NCBI GenBank assembly: GCA_963662795.1
Contig: OY759746.1
Coordinates: forward strand, 2,720,001 to 2,784,000
DNA: 64,000 nt
Direction: 5' to 3'
Source: Spirochaetia bacterium
GTDB taxonomy: Bacteria; Spirochaetota; Spirochaetia; CADAEX01
The translations under genes were made by a program, and so were the position numbers. How positions within the stretch are numbered: position 1 is the first letter of the stretch; each line of letters starts with the position of its first letter. Below the pieces are notes generated by a model. That model did not search any database, was not told the origin of the DNA, and saw only the letters and a list, made by a program, of their open reading frames with translations. Shown here piece after piece: positions 9,994 through 20,285 of the stretch.

Positions 9994-11307
9994 ATGGTTA
10001 AGACTGAAAAGAACAGGATCAGGGAATATTTTTATCAGAAAAACGTGAAATCAAACTGGAAAGACTGGGCCTGGCAGCTTAGGCATACAATAAGAACTGT
10101 AGAAAAGTTTGAAGAACTTACAGGAATAGTTTTCAGTGATGATGAGCGGAAATCCCTTGAGATGACTGTAGACCGCTTTCCTGTCAGCATCACCCCTTAT
10201 TATCTTTCGCTTATAGATATTGAGAATTACAAAAATGATCCTGTTTTCAAGCAGGCTTTTCCGGATGTACGGGAACTTGAAATACTTAAAAATGACATGA
10301 GCGATCCGCTTTCGGAAGATGCGGACAGCCCTGTGGAAGGGATAACCCACCGATATCCTGACAGGGTCCTTTTTCATATATCGAATATCTGCTCCATGTA
10401 CTGCAGGCACTGCACAAGAAAAAGAAAGGTGGGGGATATTGATTCCATACCGGACAGGGAATCAATTATCAAAGGAATTGAATATATCAGAAACAACAAA
10501 CAGATAAGGGATGTCCTTCTTTCAGGAGGAGATCCTTTTATGCTTTCTGATGATTACCTTGACGGGATACTGTCCGAGATTTCATCCATTGAGCATGTTG
10601 AGGTCGTCAGGATCGGAACCAGAATGCCGGTTGTGCTTCCTTTCAGAATTACTGATTCTCTTGTCGCTGTTCTTGGAAAATACAAAAACCTCTGGATCAA
10701 TACCCATTTCAATCATCCGAAGGAAATAACTGAGGCATCCGGAGACGCTGTTGCAAAGTTAGCGGAAGCCGGCATTCCGCTCGGAAATCAGTCTGTGCTG
10801 CTGCGTGATGTAAACGATTGCCCCCGGATTATTAAAAAACTCTGCCAGATGCTGGTTAAAAACAGGGTAAGACCTTATTACCTTTATCAGTGCGATCTTT
10901 CAGAAGGGCTTAACCACTTCAGGACTTCAGTCGGCAAAGGGGTGGAGATAATTGAAAACATGATAGGACATACAAGCGGATTTTGTGTTCCGACTTATGT
11001 CGTTGATGCGCCTGGAGGCGGAGGCAAAATACCTGTACTTCCAAATTATCTTATTTCCTGGTCCTCCAATAAAATTGTACTCAGAAATTACGAAGGTGTA
11101 ATTACTACATACTCAGAGCCCCAGTCCTATCATACCAGCTACTGCGATAACAACTGCAGGGACTGTCGTCTTGATTTTTCTGAAAATTGGAAAAAACACA
11201 TGGACTCTGTCGGTATCGAAAGACTCCTTTGTGAATATGACAAGGCAAATACCCTTATCCCGGGCAACAATCCGCGCTTTAAAAGAAGGGAAGAGAATGA
11301 TGGATAA
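9994..11307 (+). CDS. ablA: Lysine 2,3-aminomutase
   Basis: HRYPDRVL, radical [17 protein letters not shown] (PLP lysine) and a C-terminal Cys cluster; followed by a GNAT gene. Confidence 0.93.
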   Translation: MVKTEKNRIREYFYQKNVKSNWKDWAWQLRHTIRTVEKFEELTGIVFSDDERKSLEMTVDRFPVSITPYYLSLIDIENYKNDPVFKQAFPDVRELEILKNDMSDPLSEDADSPVEGITHRYPDRVLFHISNICSMYCRHCTRKRKVGDIDSIPDRESIIKGIEYIRNNKQIRDVLLSGGDPFMLSDDYLDGILSEISSIEHVEVVRIGTRMPVVLPFRITDSLVAVLGKYKNLWINTHFNHPKEITEASGDAVAKLAEAGIPLGNQSVLLRDVNDCPRIIKKLCQMLVKNRVRPYYLYQCDLSEGLNHFRTSVGKGVEIIENMIGHTSGFCVPTYVVDAPGGGGKIPVLPNYLISWSSNKIVLRNYEGVITTYSEPQSYHTSYCDNNCRDCRLDFSENWKKHMDSVGIERLLCEYDKANTLIPGNNPRFKRREENDG

Positions 11308-12160
11308 TATTGAAAACAGTAAAGCTGATATTGTAGAACATATAGGAAAAACCGTACTTCAGTACGGGAAAAACAACAACAGAGTCTATCTAATGAAACT
11401 TGACCCCGAATCAGATAAAAAAAATGTTATTGACTATATTGACAGGATCTGTATGGAAAAAAGATACGGGAAAAGCTTTGCAAAGATAAGATCTGCTGAT
11501 TATCCGCTCTTTCTTTTGGCAAAATACAGGCTTGAAGCCTATATCCCCTCTTTTTTCCGTAACGGGGATGATTGTATCTTCGCATGCAAATATTATGATA
11601 GCGAAAGGTCTGTTTTTATTGAAACAGAAGCCGGAGAGGCTATTGCCTCTCTTCTTTCCGGGGTAAAAAACACCGCCGGCCGGGCCGGTAAACCTGCTGA
11701 GTTTGAAATCAGGAAGGCTGATGAGCCGGATATAGCATCTCTCGCAGGCTTTTACGGGAGTCAGTTCCCCAACTACCCGTTTCCCCTTTCAAGCGCACAG
11801 TATATTGCCGGAACCATGAAAGCAAATGTTGATTATATGATTATTACAGATAAGGGGAAAGTTATTGCCGCAGCTTCAGCCGAAAAAGATCTGGATGAAC
11901 TCAACGCTGAAATGACAGATTTCGCTGTAAACCCGGAGTACAGGGGATACGGGCTTGCGGGAAAACTTATGAATGCGCTTGAGGCGCATCTGAAAGACGG
12001 GCCGATTAAAACCCTTTATACTATAGCAAGACTTAATTCTACTGCCATGAATGCTGTTTTCAAAAGCAGTAATTATAAATACAGCGGCACGCTCATCAAC
12101 AATACCAATATTTCAACCGGTATTGAATCCATGAATATATGGTATAAGCACCTTACATGA
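11297..12160 (+). CDS. ablB: Beta-lysine N(6)-acetyltransferase
   Basis: [24 protein letters not shown] and GTLINNTNI...IESMNIWYK, typical of AblB. ATG 11297 overlaps the ablA end. Confidence 0.88.
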   Translation: MMDNIENSKADIVEHIGKTVLQYGKNNNRVYLMKLDPESDKKNVIDYIDRICMEKRYGKSFAKIRSADYPLFLLAKYRLEAYIPSFFRNGDDCIFACKYYDSERSVFIETEAGEAIASLLSGVKNTAGRAGKPAEFEIRKADEPDIASLAGFYGSQFPNYPFPLSSAQYIAGTMKANVDYMIITDKGKVIAAASAEKDLDELNAEMTDFAVNPEYRGYGLAGKLMNALEAHLKDGPIKTLYTIARLNSTAMNAVFKSSNYKYSGTLINNTNISTGIESMNIWYKHLT

Positions 12161-12394
12161 TTATTCTTTTATTAAATTCTTTAGCCTCTCAAATTCTTCA
12201 ACACTTATTTTACCGTCAGCAAGTCTCTGTTTTAAAATATCAAGAGCGCCTGGGTCTTCTTTTTCTCTGTTGTTATGCTGTTTAACCAGTGCATACACTA
12301 CTGCGGCAGCTATAATAATAATCAGTAATCCCATAAACAAATTTCCTCCTCTCAGATTTGAAAAACTGCAAAACTGATTGCTGAAATATCCCAT
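12161..12394 (-). CDS. Small membrane protein with SHOCT domain
   Basis: One TM helix, then ALDILKQRLADGKISVEEFE; ATG 12394 has a GGAGG SD. Confidence 0.8.
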   Translation of the reverse strand: MGYFSNQFCSFSNLRGGNLFMGLLIIIIAAAVVYALVKQHNNREKEDPGALDILKQRLADGKISVEEFERLKNLIKE

Positions 12395-12670
12395 GTAATT
12401 TCCTCCGTATGATTTGCTATATATACAATATAATAAGTCATATAGAAATAGTATGAATAAAAGGTGTTTTTTATGTGAAGTTTTATGCTCAGTAATCGTA
12501 TTTTTCACAGTATTATTGCATTACAATAATTCAGTAAAAAATGAACATTGCTGAAATATTATAATAATTGAGATGAAATTTATAATTTTGACGCCCTGAA
12601 AGTTGACATACTTAAAACTTTCCAGTTTATTACTAAACCCTGTTGATAGAGAGTTATCACGGGGTGAAAA

Positions 12671-15600
12671 ATGGAAAAAAATGAGAAAAAACTTCTGAGG
12701 CCGGACGGCAGAATAGGTATTCTAAACAGGGGCGAAGCTGCCTACAGGTTTATAAGGTCATTAAAAGAGTACAATAATCTTTATTCTGTAAATCTAAAAA
12801 GTATTTCATTCTACATCGAAAAGGAAGAGCAATCCCTTTTTGCAAAAAGCTCGGATGAATCGTACCTTCTTTCAGGTATTTCCGGTGTTTCCGGCAGCCC
12901 GGGGAAAGCAGTTATACCTTACCTTGACCACGATCTTCTGATTGATGCCCTGAAGAAAACCTCCTGCAGCGCAGTCTGGGCCGGGTGGGGTTTCCTGTCT
13001 GAGGATTCGGAATTTGCCGGAAAAATTGAAAAGAACGGCATTGTTTTTCTTGGCCCTTCCGGGGCGGCAATGGCGCTTCTCGGAGACAAAATCTCGGCAA
13101 AGGCGCTGGCTGAGAAAAGCGATGTTCCTGTGCTGCCATGGAGCATGCGGCCTCTCACAGATATTGATGATGCCCATCGGGTTGCTGAAAAACTCGGATA
13201 TCCTGTTATTATAAAAGCGTCCAACGCCGGAGGGGGCAGGGGAATAAGGATTGTAAGGGCAAAACAGGAAATGGAGGCAATGTACAAATCCGCAAGGGAT
13301 GAGACGCTGCGAATCACAGGCAACGATCTTCTCTTTATGGAATGTTTTGTAGAAAAGGGGAGGCACCTTGAGGTTCAGGTTTTAGCTGATACTCACGGGA
13401 ATATCAATACATTCGGAGTAAGGGACTGTTCCATCCAGAGGAGAAATCAGAAAATTATTGAGGAGACTCCGCCGGCGCTGCTTGATAAGGAAATACTGAT
13501 CAGTATGGAAGAGGCATCATCAAGGCTTATAAAATCCGCATCCTATACCGGAGCCGGAACAGTTGAATACCTTTATGATTTAACGAGGAATCAGTTCTAT
13601 TTCATGGAGGTAAATACAAGGCTTCAGGTTGAACATCCTGTAACCGAGATACTCTACGGGATTGATCTTGTAAAAGGACAGATTGATGTTGCAATGGGGA
13701 AAAAGGTTGATCTGAAAGGACATACGCCAAAAGGGGCGATTATGGAGGTCAGGATAAATGCTGAAGATCCTGCGTCCGGTTTTTCCCCCTCTCCGGGAGA
13801 TGTTCTGCTGTTCAAGGCCCCGGCCGGACCTGGCATAAGGGTTGACTCCGGAATTGAAAGAAACAGCAGCATCCCGTCGGAATTCGATTCAATGATTGCA
13901 AAGATAATAGCCTCCGGATCAGACAGGGAAGAGGCAATCGCCAGAATGAAAAGAGCTCTTCAGGAATTCAGGATAAAAATTAAAAACGGGACAACCAACA
14001 AGGCTTTTGTTCTGTCCCTCCTTGATAATCCGGAAATACAAAGAGGAGGTACGCATACAGGTTTTGTGGAAGAGCTGATAAGCAGAAAAGAGTCAGCTGT
14101 TCCGGATGATAAAATCGCGGCTTCTCTGGTCTCCTGCGCTATTGAGCTTTATATCAGGCAGCACAACGCTGATTTTCTTAATTTCCGCAGCCAGGTATCA
14201 AGGTCGGGGAAACCCGGAAGAATACCGTCAATGGAAGGTCTTGATGTGAATCTCTCATCACAGGGATGCAGTTATTCTTTTCATTTAAAAAGTTTATCTA
14301 CCGGCCTTTATCACATCAGTTTTAAGGATAATGATATTGTCTGCAGATACTCTGTCAATGATTTTGAATCGGAACTGATTTTAAACGGAAGAAGATACAG
14401 TCTTATTGTTACAGAGAGGGGAGATGCTTTTCTATGCGAAGTTGACGGGTACGCAATTAATGTAGAGGCTCAGTCACAGGGTTATATAAAATCCATGTCG
14501 CCTGCCATTGTTCTTTCCGCTGCAGTCTCCCCGGGAACAATCGTAAAAAAAGGTCAGCCGGTAATAATTCTTGAAGCAATGAAAATGGAAATGGTTATAA
14601 ACGCTCCTTCAGACGGCGTAATTGCTGAAGTGTATGTATCGGACGGCATGCAGGTCGCGGCCGGCCAGAGTCTTGTCAGAATCGAGCCTGCAGGTACGTC
14701 AGGTCCCGGAGAAGCCGATACTGAGGAGAAAGAAAAGCTGCAGCCGGTCAGTATTTCCTTGATAAATGAATCAGATGAATCAGCCGCTCAAAAACTTAAA
14801 GACATGATGCTTGCCCATTTTCTGGGATATGACTCAGGGCCTGATGTTTTATCCATCTACAGAGAGTTAGCATCTAACGCTTTACATGCTGGTGAATATC
14901 CGCAGGAATTCATGGAATTCGTTTTATCACTGATTAGAATATATATTGCTGTTGAAAAATTGTTTTTAAATAAAAAAATTGCCTCGAGCCTGTTTTCAAG
15001 GCCTCTTACCTACCCGGAGATGCTTTCTCATTTTTTCTTAAGGACAGAAGACAGAAGAAAAGGGCTTCCTGATGAATTTCTTAAAGATATGGATGAAGCC
15101 CTGAAATTTTTTATTTTTGATGATTCTTCAGGTAATGATTATACGGGCGGATATGAAAAAAATAAACTGGATCTGGCGCTCTACTATCTTTTCAGGTCCC
15201 ATAAAAATATACACAGCAAAGAGGAAATTTTAAAATCTGTTTTTCTGGATTTTGAGAATATTCAGATTGGAGAAAAGCATAGTGAAGTATTACAGCAAAT
15301 TTCAGATGAAGTCATTTCCATTTCGGCAGGATCAAACCCCCTTCTTTTAAACGCTGTTGTGCGCCTTAAGTATCTGATAACAGATATTTTAAAGCCGGAC
15401 CTGTCTAAGGAAGAACATACAGGTATGGATATCTCTGATGCCGGCCCGGAGATTATGAAGAGTCTGAGAGCATTATGCCTGTCCCCTGATGAAAATATCA
15501 GAAAAACGGGATTGAAGCATATCGGCCTCCGGTTTAACAGGGACAGAGATATCTCTGTTTCCTTTTTTTGCAATAATGAAGCTGCAGATATTTTCTGCAC

Positions 15601-18229
15601 TGAAGGGAAATACGGCACTTCGGATATCATCTCCTGCGTCTCATTTTTCAGGGAATCGGAAGTTTTCAAATTCTCTTCTGCCGGAGAATCAGCTGCAGTC
15701 TTCTCCCCCGTGTCAGGATTCGGGAAATTACCGGAAAAATCAGATTCGGAAAAAGAATTGATAATACTGGTATATAACGACAAGGAAAAAAATCCGGATC
15801 ATATATTTGATTACCTGATGAGTCTGGAAAATCTGCCGCCGGATTATAAAATAACTATTGGCATCTGCAGTGACTCGGAGGAGACAAACTATAGAAGTTA
15901 TAACTTTGAAAATAATAACTGGAAAGAGGAAAATAACAGGAGAGGTTTCAGCCCGCTTCAGTACAGGGAGCTTAAAGTCTACAGATTCATAAACTTTAAA
16001 CTTAAAGTAATATACAGAAATAAAGGGGTTGTTCTTTGTGAAGCAAGGTCGAAGGAGAACCCTCAGGACATCAGACTGGCCTCTTTTATTGATGTTTCAG
16101 AGAAAACCGTAAATACCGCTGATAACGGTAAAAACATAAAGCTTGATCTCTTTGAAGCCCTGCTGATTGATGCAGTCAATGCCATGCGCTCAGTTTTACC
16201 CTCATACAGGGAAAGGCTTTTATGGAACAGGATAGTTATACATAACAGGACGCTTTTGGGGATCGGACTTAAAAAAATGGAAGAATATGGAAGAGCCCTG
16301 ATTGCATTGACTGACGGGATAGGCCTTGAAAAACTGGTTATTCTTACCCGGAGAAAGCGCTGGAGCGAGAAATCCGCCCGTCCGCTTGAGCTTGATATTT
16401 CTTCTATCGCAGATAAACAGCTTGTAATAAGGAGCAGACTTCCTGCTGAAAAACCGCTCGTCACTGTAGACAGTTACGCCCGGAATGTAATTTTAGCCCG
16501 CAGAAGAAATGTTCTCTATCCTTATGAAATTACCAAAATGCTTACAGGCTCATCCTTTTACGGCGGATCTGTCCCGCAGGGCGGAAAATTCGAGGAATAT
16601 GATATTGCAATAGACAATGCAGGAAAAACCCAAAGTATAATTTCTGTCAAAAACAGAAAATCAGGCCTTAATGAAGCAAATATAATTTTCGGGATAATTG
16701 AAAACAGTGATTTGAAATACAGCTGTGTTTACAGGCGTGTGATTATACTGTCAGACCCGTTGAAGGATATGGGGAGTCTTTCAGAAGGTGAGTGCAGAAG
16801 GGTAATCGCATCTCTTGATCTCGCAGAAAAAGAAAAAATACCGGTTGAGTGGCTTCCGGTTTCATCAGGCGCCAGGATAGATATGGAAAGCGGGACTGAA
16901 AACCTTGACTGGACTGCCGCTGTGCTTAAAAGGATTATTGAGTTCACCCAAAACGGGGGCGAGATAAATATAATTGTCTCATCAATCAATGTTGGGGCCC
17001 AGTCGTACTGGAACGCGGAGGCGACAATGCTGATGCATACCTGCGGGTTTTTAATTATGACGGATGACTCATCGATGCTGCTTACCGGAAAAAAAGCGCT
17101 TGATTTTTCAGGAAGCGTGTCAGGTGACAACAATCTTGATATCGGCGGTGTAGAAAAAATTATGGGGCCCAACGGGCAGGCGCAGTTCAGGGTTTTAAAC
17201 ATCGCTGAGGCATATAATATACTTTTCAGGCATTACAGGCTTACTTACCTTCTGCCGTCTGAATCTGAGAGATACTCAGGTTTTAGAAAGTCGGAAGATC
17301 CTTCGGGGCGGGATATCTCTGTAAATACATATATTGACAATTACGGGCAGGGATTTGAAACAATCGGCGATATCTTCAGTAATGAAAAGAACCCCGAACG
17401 GAAAAAGCCTTTTGACATAAGACAGATTATGAATGCTGTTAAAGATGAGGATTCGGATTACCTTGAAAGATGGCAGCTGATGGCTGATTCAGACACATCT
17501 GTAGTCTGGGAAACAAGGATAGGGGGATTTTCCGCCGGAATGATAGGCATTGAAAGCAGGACAATCCCCAGGATAGGTGAAATACCGTATGACGGTCCGG
17601 AAAGCTGGAACGGCGGTACACTGTATCCCATGTCGTCCAAAAAAACTGCGAGGGCCCTGAATGCTTTTTCCGGACGGCTCCCTGCTGTTATACTTGCAAA
17701 CCTTTCAGGGTTTGACGGATCGCCTGAATCCCTGCGTAAGCTGCAGCTTGAATACGGGGCCGAAATAGGCAGGGCGGTTGTCAACTTCAAGGGGCCTGTA
17801 ATATTTGTTGTCATCGCAAGATACCACGGCGGGGCCTATGTTGTTTTTTCAAAAGCCCTGAATCCGCAGCTTACAGCTGCCGCTGTAAAAGGTTCATATG
17901 CGTCAGTCATAGGGGGGATACCGGCTGCCGCCGTAGTTTTTCCCAAAAAAGTATATAAGGAAGCATGCTCTGATGAGAGAATTGTGAAATTTCAGGATGC
18001 GTTGAATAACGACAGGAGACTTCAGGGTGAGTATGATGAATTGTTTAAAAAGGTGTATAACGAAAAACAGAATGCTCTGGGCCATAGCTTTGACGCGATA
18101 CACTCAGTTGAAAGGGCAAAACAGGTCGGGTCAATCGATGATATAATTGAGGCATCAGACCTGCGTCCCTATATTATAGATATGCTTGACAAAAAGACAG
18201 GGATATCCCGAAAACTCAGAGGAAGATAA
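12671..18229 (+). CDS. Single-chain biotin-dependent acyl-CoA carboxylase (BC-BCCP-central region-CT), 1852 aa
   Basis: BC motifs NRGE, GWGFLSE, GGGRG, QRRNQK, EVNTRLQVEH and RINAED; biotin site EAMKM; CT motifs SSGARI, GGTLYP, LANLSGFDGS and RYHGGAY. Confidence 0.92.
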   Translation: MEKNEKKLLRPDGRIGILNRGEAAYRFIRSLKEYNNLYSVNLKSISFYIEKEEQSLFAKSSDESYLLSGISGVSGSPGKAVIPYLDHDLLIDALKKTSCSAVWAGWGFLSEDSEFAGKIEKNGIVFLGPSGAAMALLGDKISAKALAEKSDVPVLPWSMRPLTDIDDAHRVAEKLGYPVIIKASNAGGGRGIRIVRAKQEMEAMYKSARDETLRITGNDLLFMECFVEKGRHLEVQVLADTHGNINTFGVRDCSIQRRNQKIIEETPPALLDKEILISMEEASSRLIKSASYTGAGTVEYLYDLTRNQFYFMEVNTRLQVEHPVTEILYGIDLVKGQIDVAMGKKVDLKGHTPKGAIMEVRINAEDPASGFSPSPGDVLLFKAPAGPGIRVDSGIERNSSIPSEFDSMIAKIIASGSDREEAIARMKRALQEFRIKIKNGTTNKAFVLSLLDNPEIQRGGTHTGFVEELISRKESAVPDDKIAASLVSCAIELYIRQHNADFLNFRSQVSRSGKPGRIPSMEGLDVNLSSQGCSYSFHLKSLSTGLYHISFKDNDIVCRYSVNDFESELILNGRRYSLIVTERGDAFLCEVDGYAINVEAQSQGYIKSMSPAIVLSAAVSPGTIVKKGQPVIILEAMKMEMVINAPSDGVIAEVYVSDGMQVAAGQSLVRIEPAGTSGPGEADTEEKEKLQPVSISLINESDESAAQKLKDMMLAHFLGYDSGPDVLSIYRELASNALHAGEYPQEFMEFVLSLIRIYIAVEKLFLNKKIASSLFSRPLTYPEMLSHFFLRTEDRRKGLPDEFLKDMDEALKFFIFDDSSGNDYTGGYEKNKLDLALYYLFRSHKNIHSKEEILKSVFLDFENIQIGEKHSEVLQQISDEVISISAGSNPLLLNAVVRLKYLITDILKPDLSKEEHTGMDISDAGPEIMKSLRALCLSPDENIRKTGLKHIGLRFNRDRDISVSFFCNNEAADIFCTEGKYGTSDIISCVSFFRESEVFKFSSAGESAAVFSPVSGFGKLPEKSDSEKELIILVYNDKEKNPDHIFDYLMSLENLPPDYKITIGICSDSEETNYRSYNFENNNWKEENNRRGFSPLQYRELKVYRFINFKLKVIYRNKGVVLCEARSKENPQDIRLASFIDVSEKTVNTADNGKNIKLDLFEALLIDAVNAMRSVLPSYRERLLWNRIVIHNRTLLGIGLKKMEEYGRALIALTDGIGLEKLVILTRRKRWSEKSARPLELDISSIADKQLVIRSRLPAEKPLVTVDSYARNVILARRRNVLYPYEITKMLTGSSFYGGSVPQGGKFEEYDIAIDNAGKTQSIISVKNRKSGLNEANIIFGIIENSDLKYSCVYRRVIILSDPLKDMGSLSEGECRRVIASLDLAEKEKIPVEWLPVSSGARIDMESGTENLDWTAAVLKRIIEFTQNGGEINIIVSSINVGAQSYWNAEATMLMHTCGFLIMTDDSSMLLTGKKALDFSGSVSGDNNLDIGGVEKIMGPNGQAQFRVLNIAEAYNILFRHYRLTYLLPSESERYSGFRKSEDPSGRDISVNTYIDNYGQGFETIGDIFSNEKNPERKKPFDIRQIMNAVKDEDSDYLERWQLMADSDTSVVWETRIGGFSAGMIGIESRTIPRIGEIPYDGPESWNGGTLYPMSSKKTARALNAFSGRLPAVILANLSGFDGSPESLRKLQLEYGAEIGRAVVNFKGPVIFVVIARYHGGAYVVFSKALNPQLTAAAVKGSYASVIGGIPAAAVVFPKKVYKEACSDERIVKFQDALNNDRRLQGEYDELFKKVYNEKQNALGHSFDAIHSVERAKQVGSIDDIIEASDLRPYIIDMLDKKTGISRKLRGR

Positions 18230-18785
18230 TCCCGGCAGCTGCGCCTGCCATCAGATAGAATACAGGATTACCTTTTTTGAACAGATAAAATGTTCCGAGT
18301 ATGGCAAAAAGTGCAGCTGTCCTTAAGGAAAACCAGCCTGCTGATGGGAAAAGGTCAAACATGACAACTGAATTCCCGAATATATATAATCCGGCGGCAG
18401 CTATCATCCCGGCTGCTGCAGGCCTTATTCCTGCAAGTGCATCCTTTACGATACGGTTGTCGGCGTAATCCTGCATGAACCTGGCTATCAGTATAATTAT
18501 AATCAGGGAAGGGGTAACAATCCCTGCAGTAGCTATAAGACCTCCTGTTACACCTGCCGCCTTGAATCCTGCGTAAGTCGCCATATTTATTCCTATCGGC
18601 CCCGGTGTCGCCTGAGAGACTGCAACCATGTCTATAAATTCTCCATGACTCATCCGGCCCGAATCAAGAAGCGCTTCCTTAAGCAGCGGCAGGGTGGCAA
18701 GGCCTCCTCCGATTGCAAAGAGGCCGATTTTAAAGAACATTACAAAAAGCTCAAGATGGATCACAGTTTTTTCTCCTGAAAGCAC
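18216..18785 (-). CDS. Short-chain chromate transporter (CHR), subunit 2
   Basis: FFKIGLFAIGGG and SQATPGPIGINMAT motifs. Confidence 0.88.
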   Translation of the reverse strand: MLSGEKTVIHLELFVMFFKIGLFAIGGGLATLPLLKEALLDSGRMSHGEFIDMVAVSQATPGPIGINMATYAGFKAAGVTGGLIATAGIVTPSLIIIILIARFMQDYADNRIVKDALAGIRPAAAGMIAAAGLYIFGNSVVMFDLFPSAGWFSLRTAALFAILGTFYLFKKGNPVFYLMAGAAAGIIFL

Positions 18786-19302
18786 CTGAGGCTATTCCTG
18801 CGATTGCAGACGCGGCTACTATCAGAACAGGAGATATCTTAAAAAAAGTTATTCCTGCAAAAGCTGCGAGTATTATGACAATACCTGTTTTATATTTTGC
18901 CCCTTTTTTGATAAGTCCTGCGACAATAAAAAGAAGCAGCACGGAAACCGCGACCCTGATGCCCGCGAACGCTTTCTGGATAATGAGGACCTCCCGGAAT
19001 TCTGTAAAAAAGGCTGAAATAATTGTAATTATTATGATTGAAGGGGCAACCATTCCCGCTGTGGCGGAAAGAGAGCCTGCAATACCTTTCTGGCTGTATC
19101 CTACAAACGTTGCAGTGTTTACAGCTATAATCCCGGGTGTTGCCTGGCCGATAGCGTAAAAATCAAGAATCTCGTCATCTGTGAGCCACTTTCTTTTATT
19201 TACAACCTCTTCTTTAAGCATGGGAAGCATAACATATCCTCCGCCGATTGAGAAAAGGCCTATCCTGAAAAAGATTGTAAAAAGCTGTAGCAGATTTTTC
19301 AT
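18751..19302 (-). CDS. Short-chain chromate transporter (CHR), subunit 1
   Basis: FFRIGLFSIGGGY and GQATPGIIAVN motifs. Confidence 0.88.
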   Translation of the reverse strand: MKNLLQLFTIFFRIGLFSIGGGYVMLPMLKEEVVNKRKWLTDDEILDFYAIGQATPGIIAVNTATFVGYSQKGIAGSLSATAGMVAPSIIIITIISAFFTEFREVLIIQKAFAGIRVAVSVLLLFIVAGLIKKGAKYKTGIVIILAAFAGITFFKISPVLIVAASAIAGIASGAFRRKNCDPS

Positions 19303-19337
19303 GGTGTAATAATTATATTCTGAACCTTTTGTGTCAA

Positions 19338-20210
19338 CTATTTTATGAATGTCCCGTCCTTTAAATCACGTATCGCGGTTTTTATTTCATCATCCGTATT
19401 CATCACTATCGGGCCGTACCAGGCGACAGGCTCTTTAAGGGGTTTTCCCGACACAAGCAGAAACCTTGCTCCGCCCTCTCCTCCGGTGACGGAGACCACA
19501 TCACCTTCATCAAACAGTATAAGCTGCTCACACGGGACAGTAATTGTGTTTTTTCCTCCGGATGTCTCTTCGTCATCCCGGATTATGACCTCCCCTTTGA
19601 TTATATAGGCAAATACGGTGTGGTCATTAACAAACGGGCGGGAAAAAGAAACACCTGCCGGCAGGGTTATATCAAGATACTCGGGTTTTATGGCGATATC
19701 GGCAACAGGGCCTTTTATACCGTCTACCTCTCCGCTGATGATTTTTATTTCTGTCCCGTTATCAAGTTTTACAGCCGGAATCATTGCGTTTTTCACATCC
19801 CTGTAGAGCGGCCGGCACATTTTTTCTGAACGGGGCAGGTTGGCCCAAAGCTGGAGGCCCCACATCAGCCCGTTATTATCACCTTCAGGCATCTCCTCGT
19901 GGATTATCCCGCTGCCTGCAGTCATCCACTGCACATCCCCGTCTGATATTGTTCCGCTGTTTCCAATGCTGTCCCCATGCCTTACATTCCCGTGAAGGAC
20001 ATAGGTGATTGTCTCAATACCCCTGTGGGGGTGCCATGGAAAGCCCTTTATATAATCTTCTCTTTTATCTGAATGAAAATCATCAAGCAGCAGGAAGGGG
20101 TCTGTAAGTGCTGTATCGTTATTGCCGAAAATTCTTTTTAGCCTGACGCCGGCCCCTTCCGTGACATTCTCTGCTTTTAAAATAGTTTTTATTTTTCTTG
20201 TTTTTTCCAT
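19338..20210 (-). CDS. Pirin-family protein
   Basis: DPFLLLD, HPHRGIETITY, MTAGSGIIHEE, QLWANLP and GPIVMN motifs. Confidence 0.93.
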   Translation of the reverse strand: MEKTRKIKTILKAENVTEGAGVRLKRIFGNNDTALTDPFLLLDDFHSDKREDYIKGFPWHPHRGIETITYVLHGNVRHGDSIGNSGTISDGDVQWMTAGSGIIHEEMPEGDNNGLMWGLQLWANLPRSEKMCRPLYRDVKNAMIPAVKLDNGTEIKIISGEVDGIKGPVADIAIKPEYLDITLPAGVSFSRPFVNDHTVFAYIIKGEVIIRDDEETSGGKNTITVPCEQLILFDEGDVVSVTGGEGGARFLLVSGKPLKEPVAWYGPIVMNTDDEIKTAIRDLKDGTFIK

Positions 20211-20285
20211 TTTTCTCTCCTGTACGGATACTTTCAGGATACCTGCATTACTGTTAACTTCTGCTATTTAACCAAGAGTTCTTCA

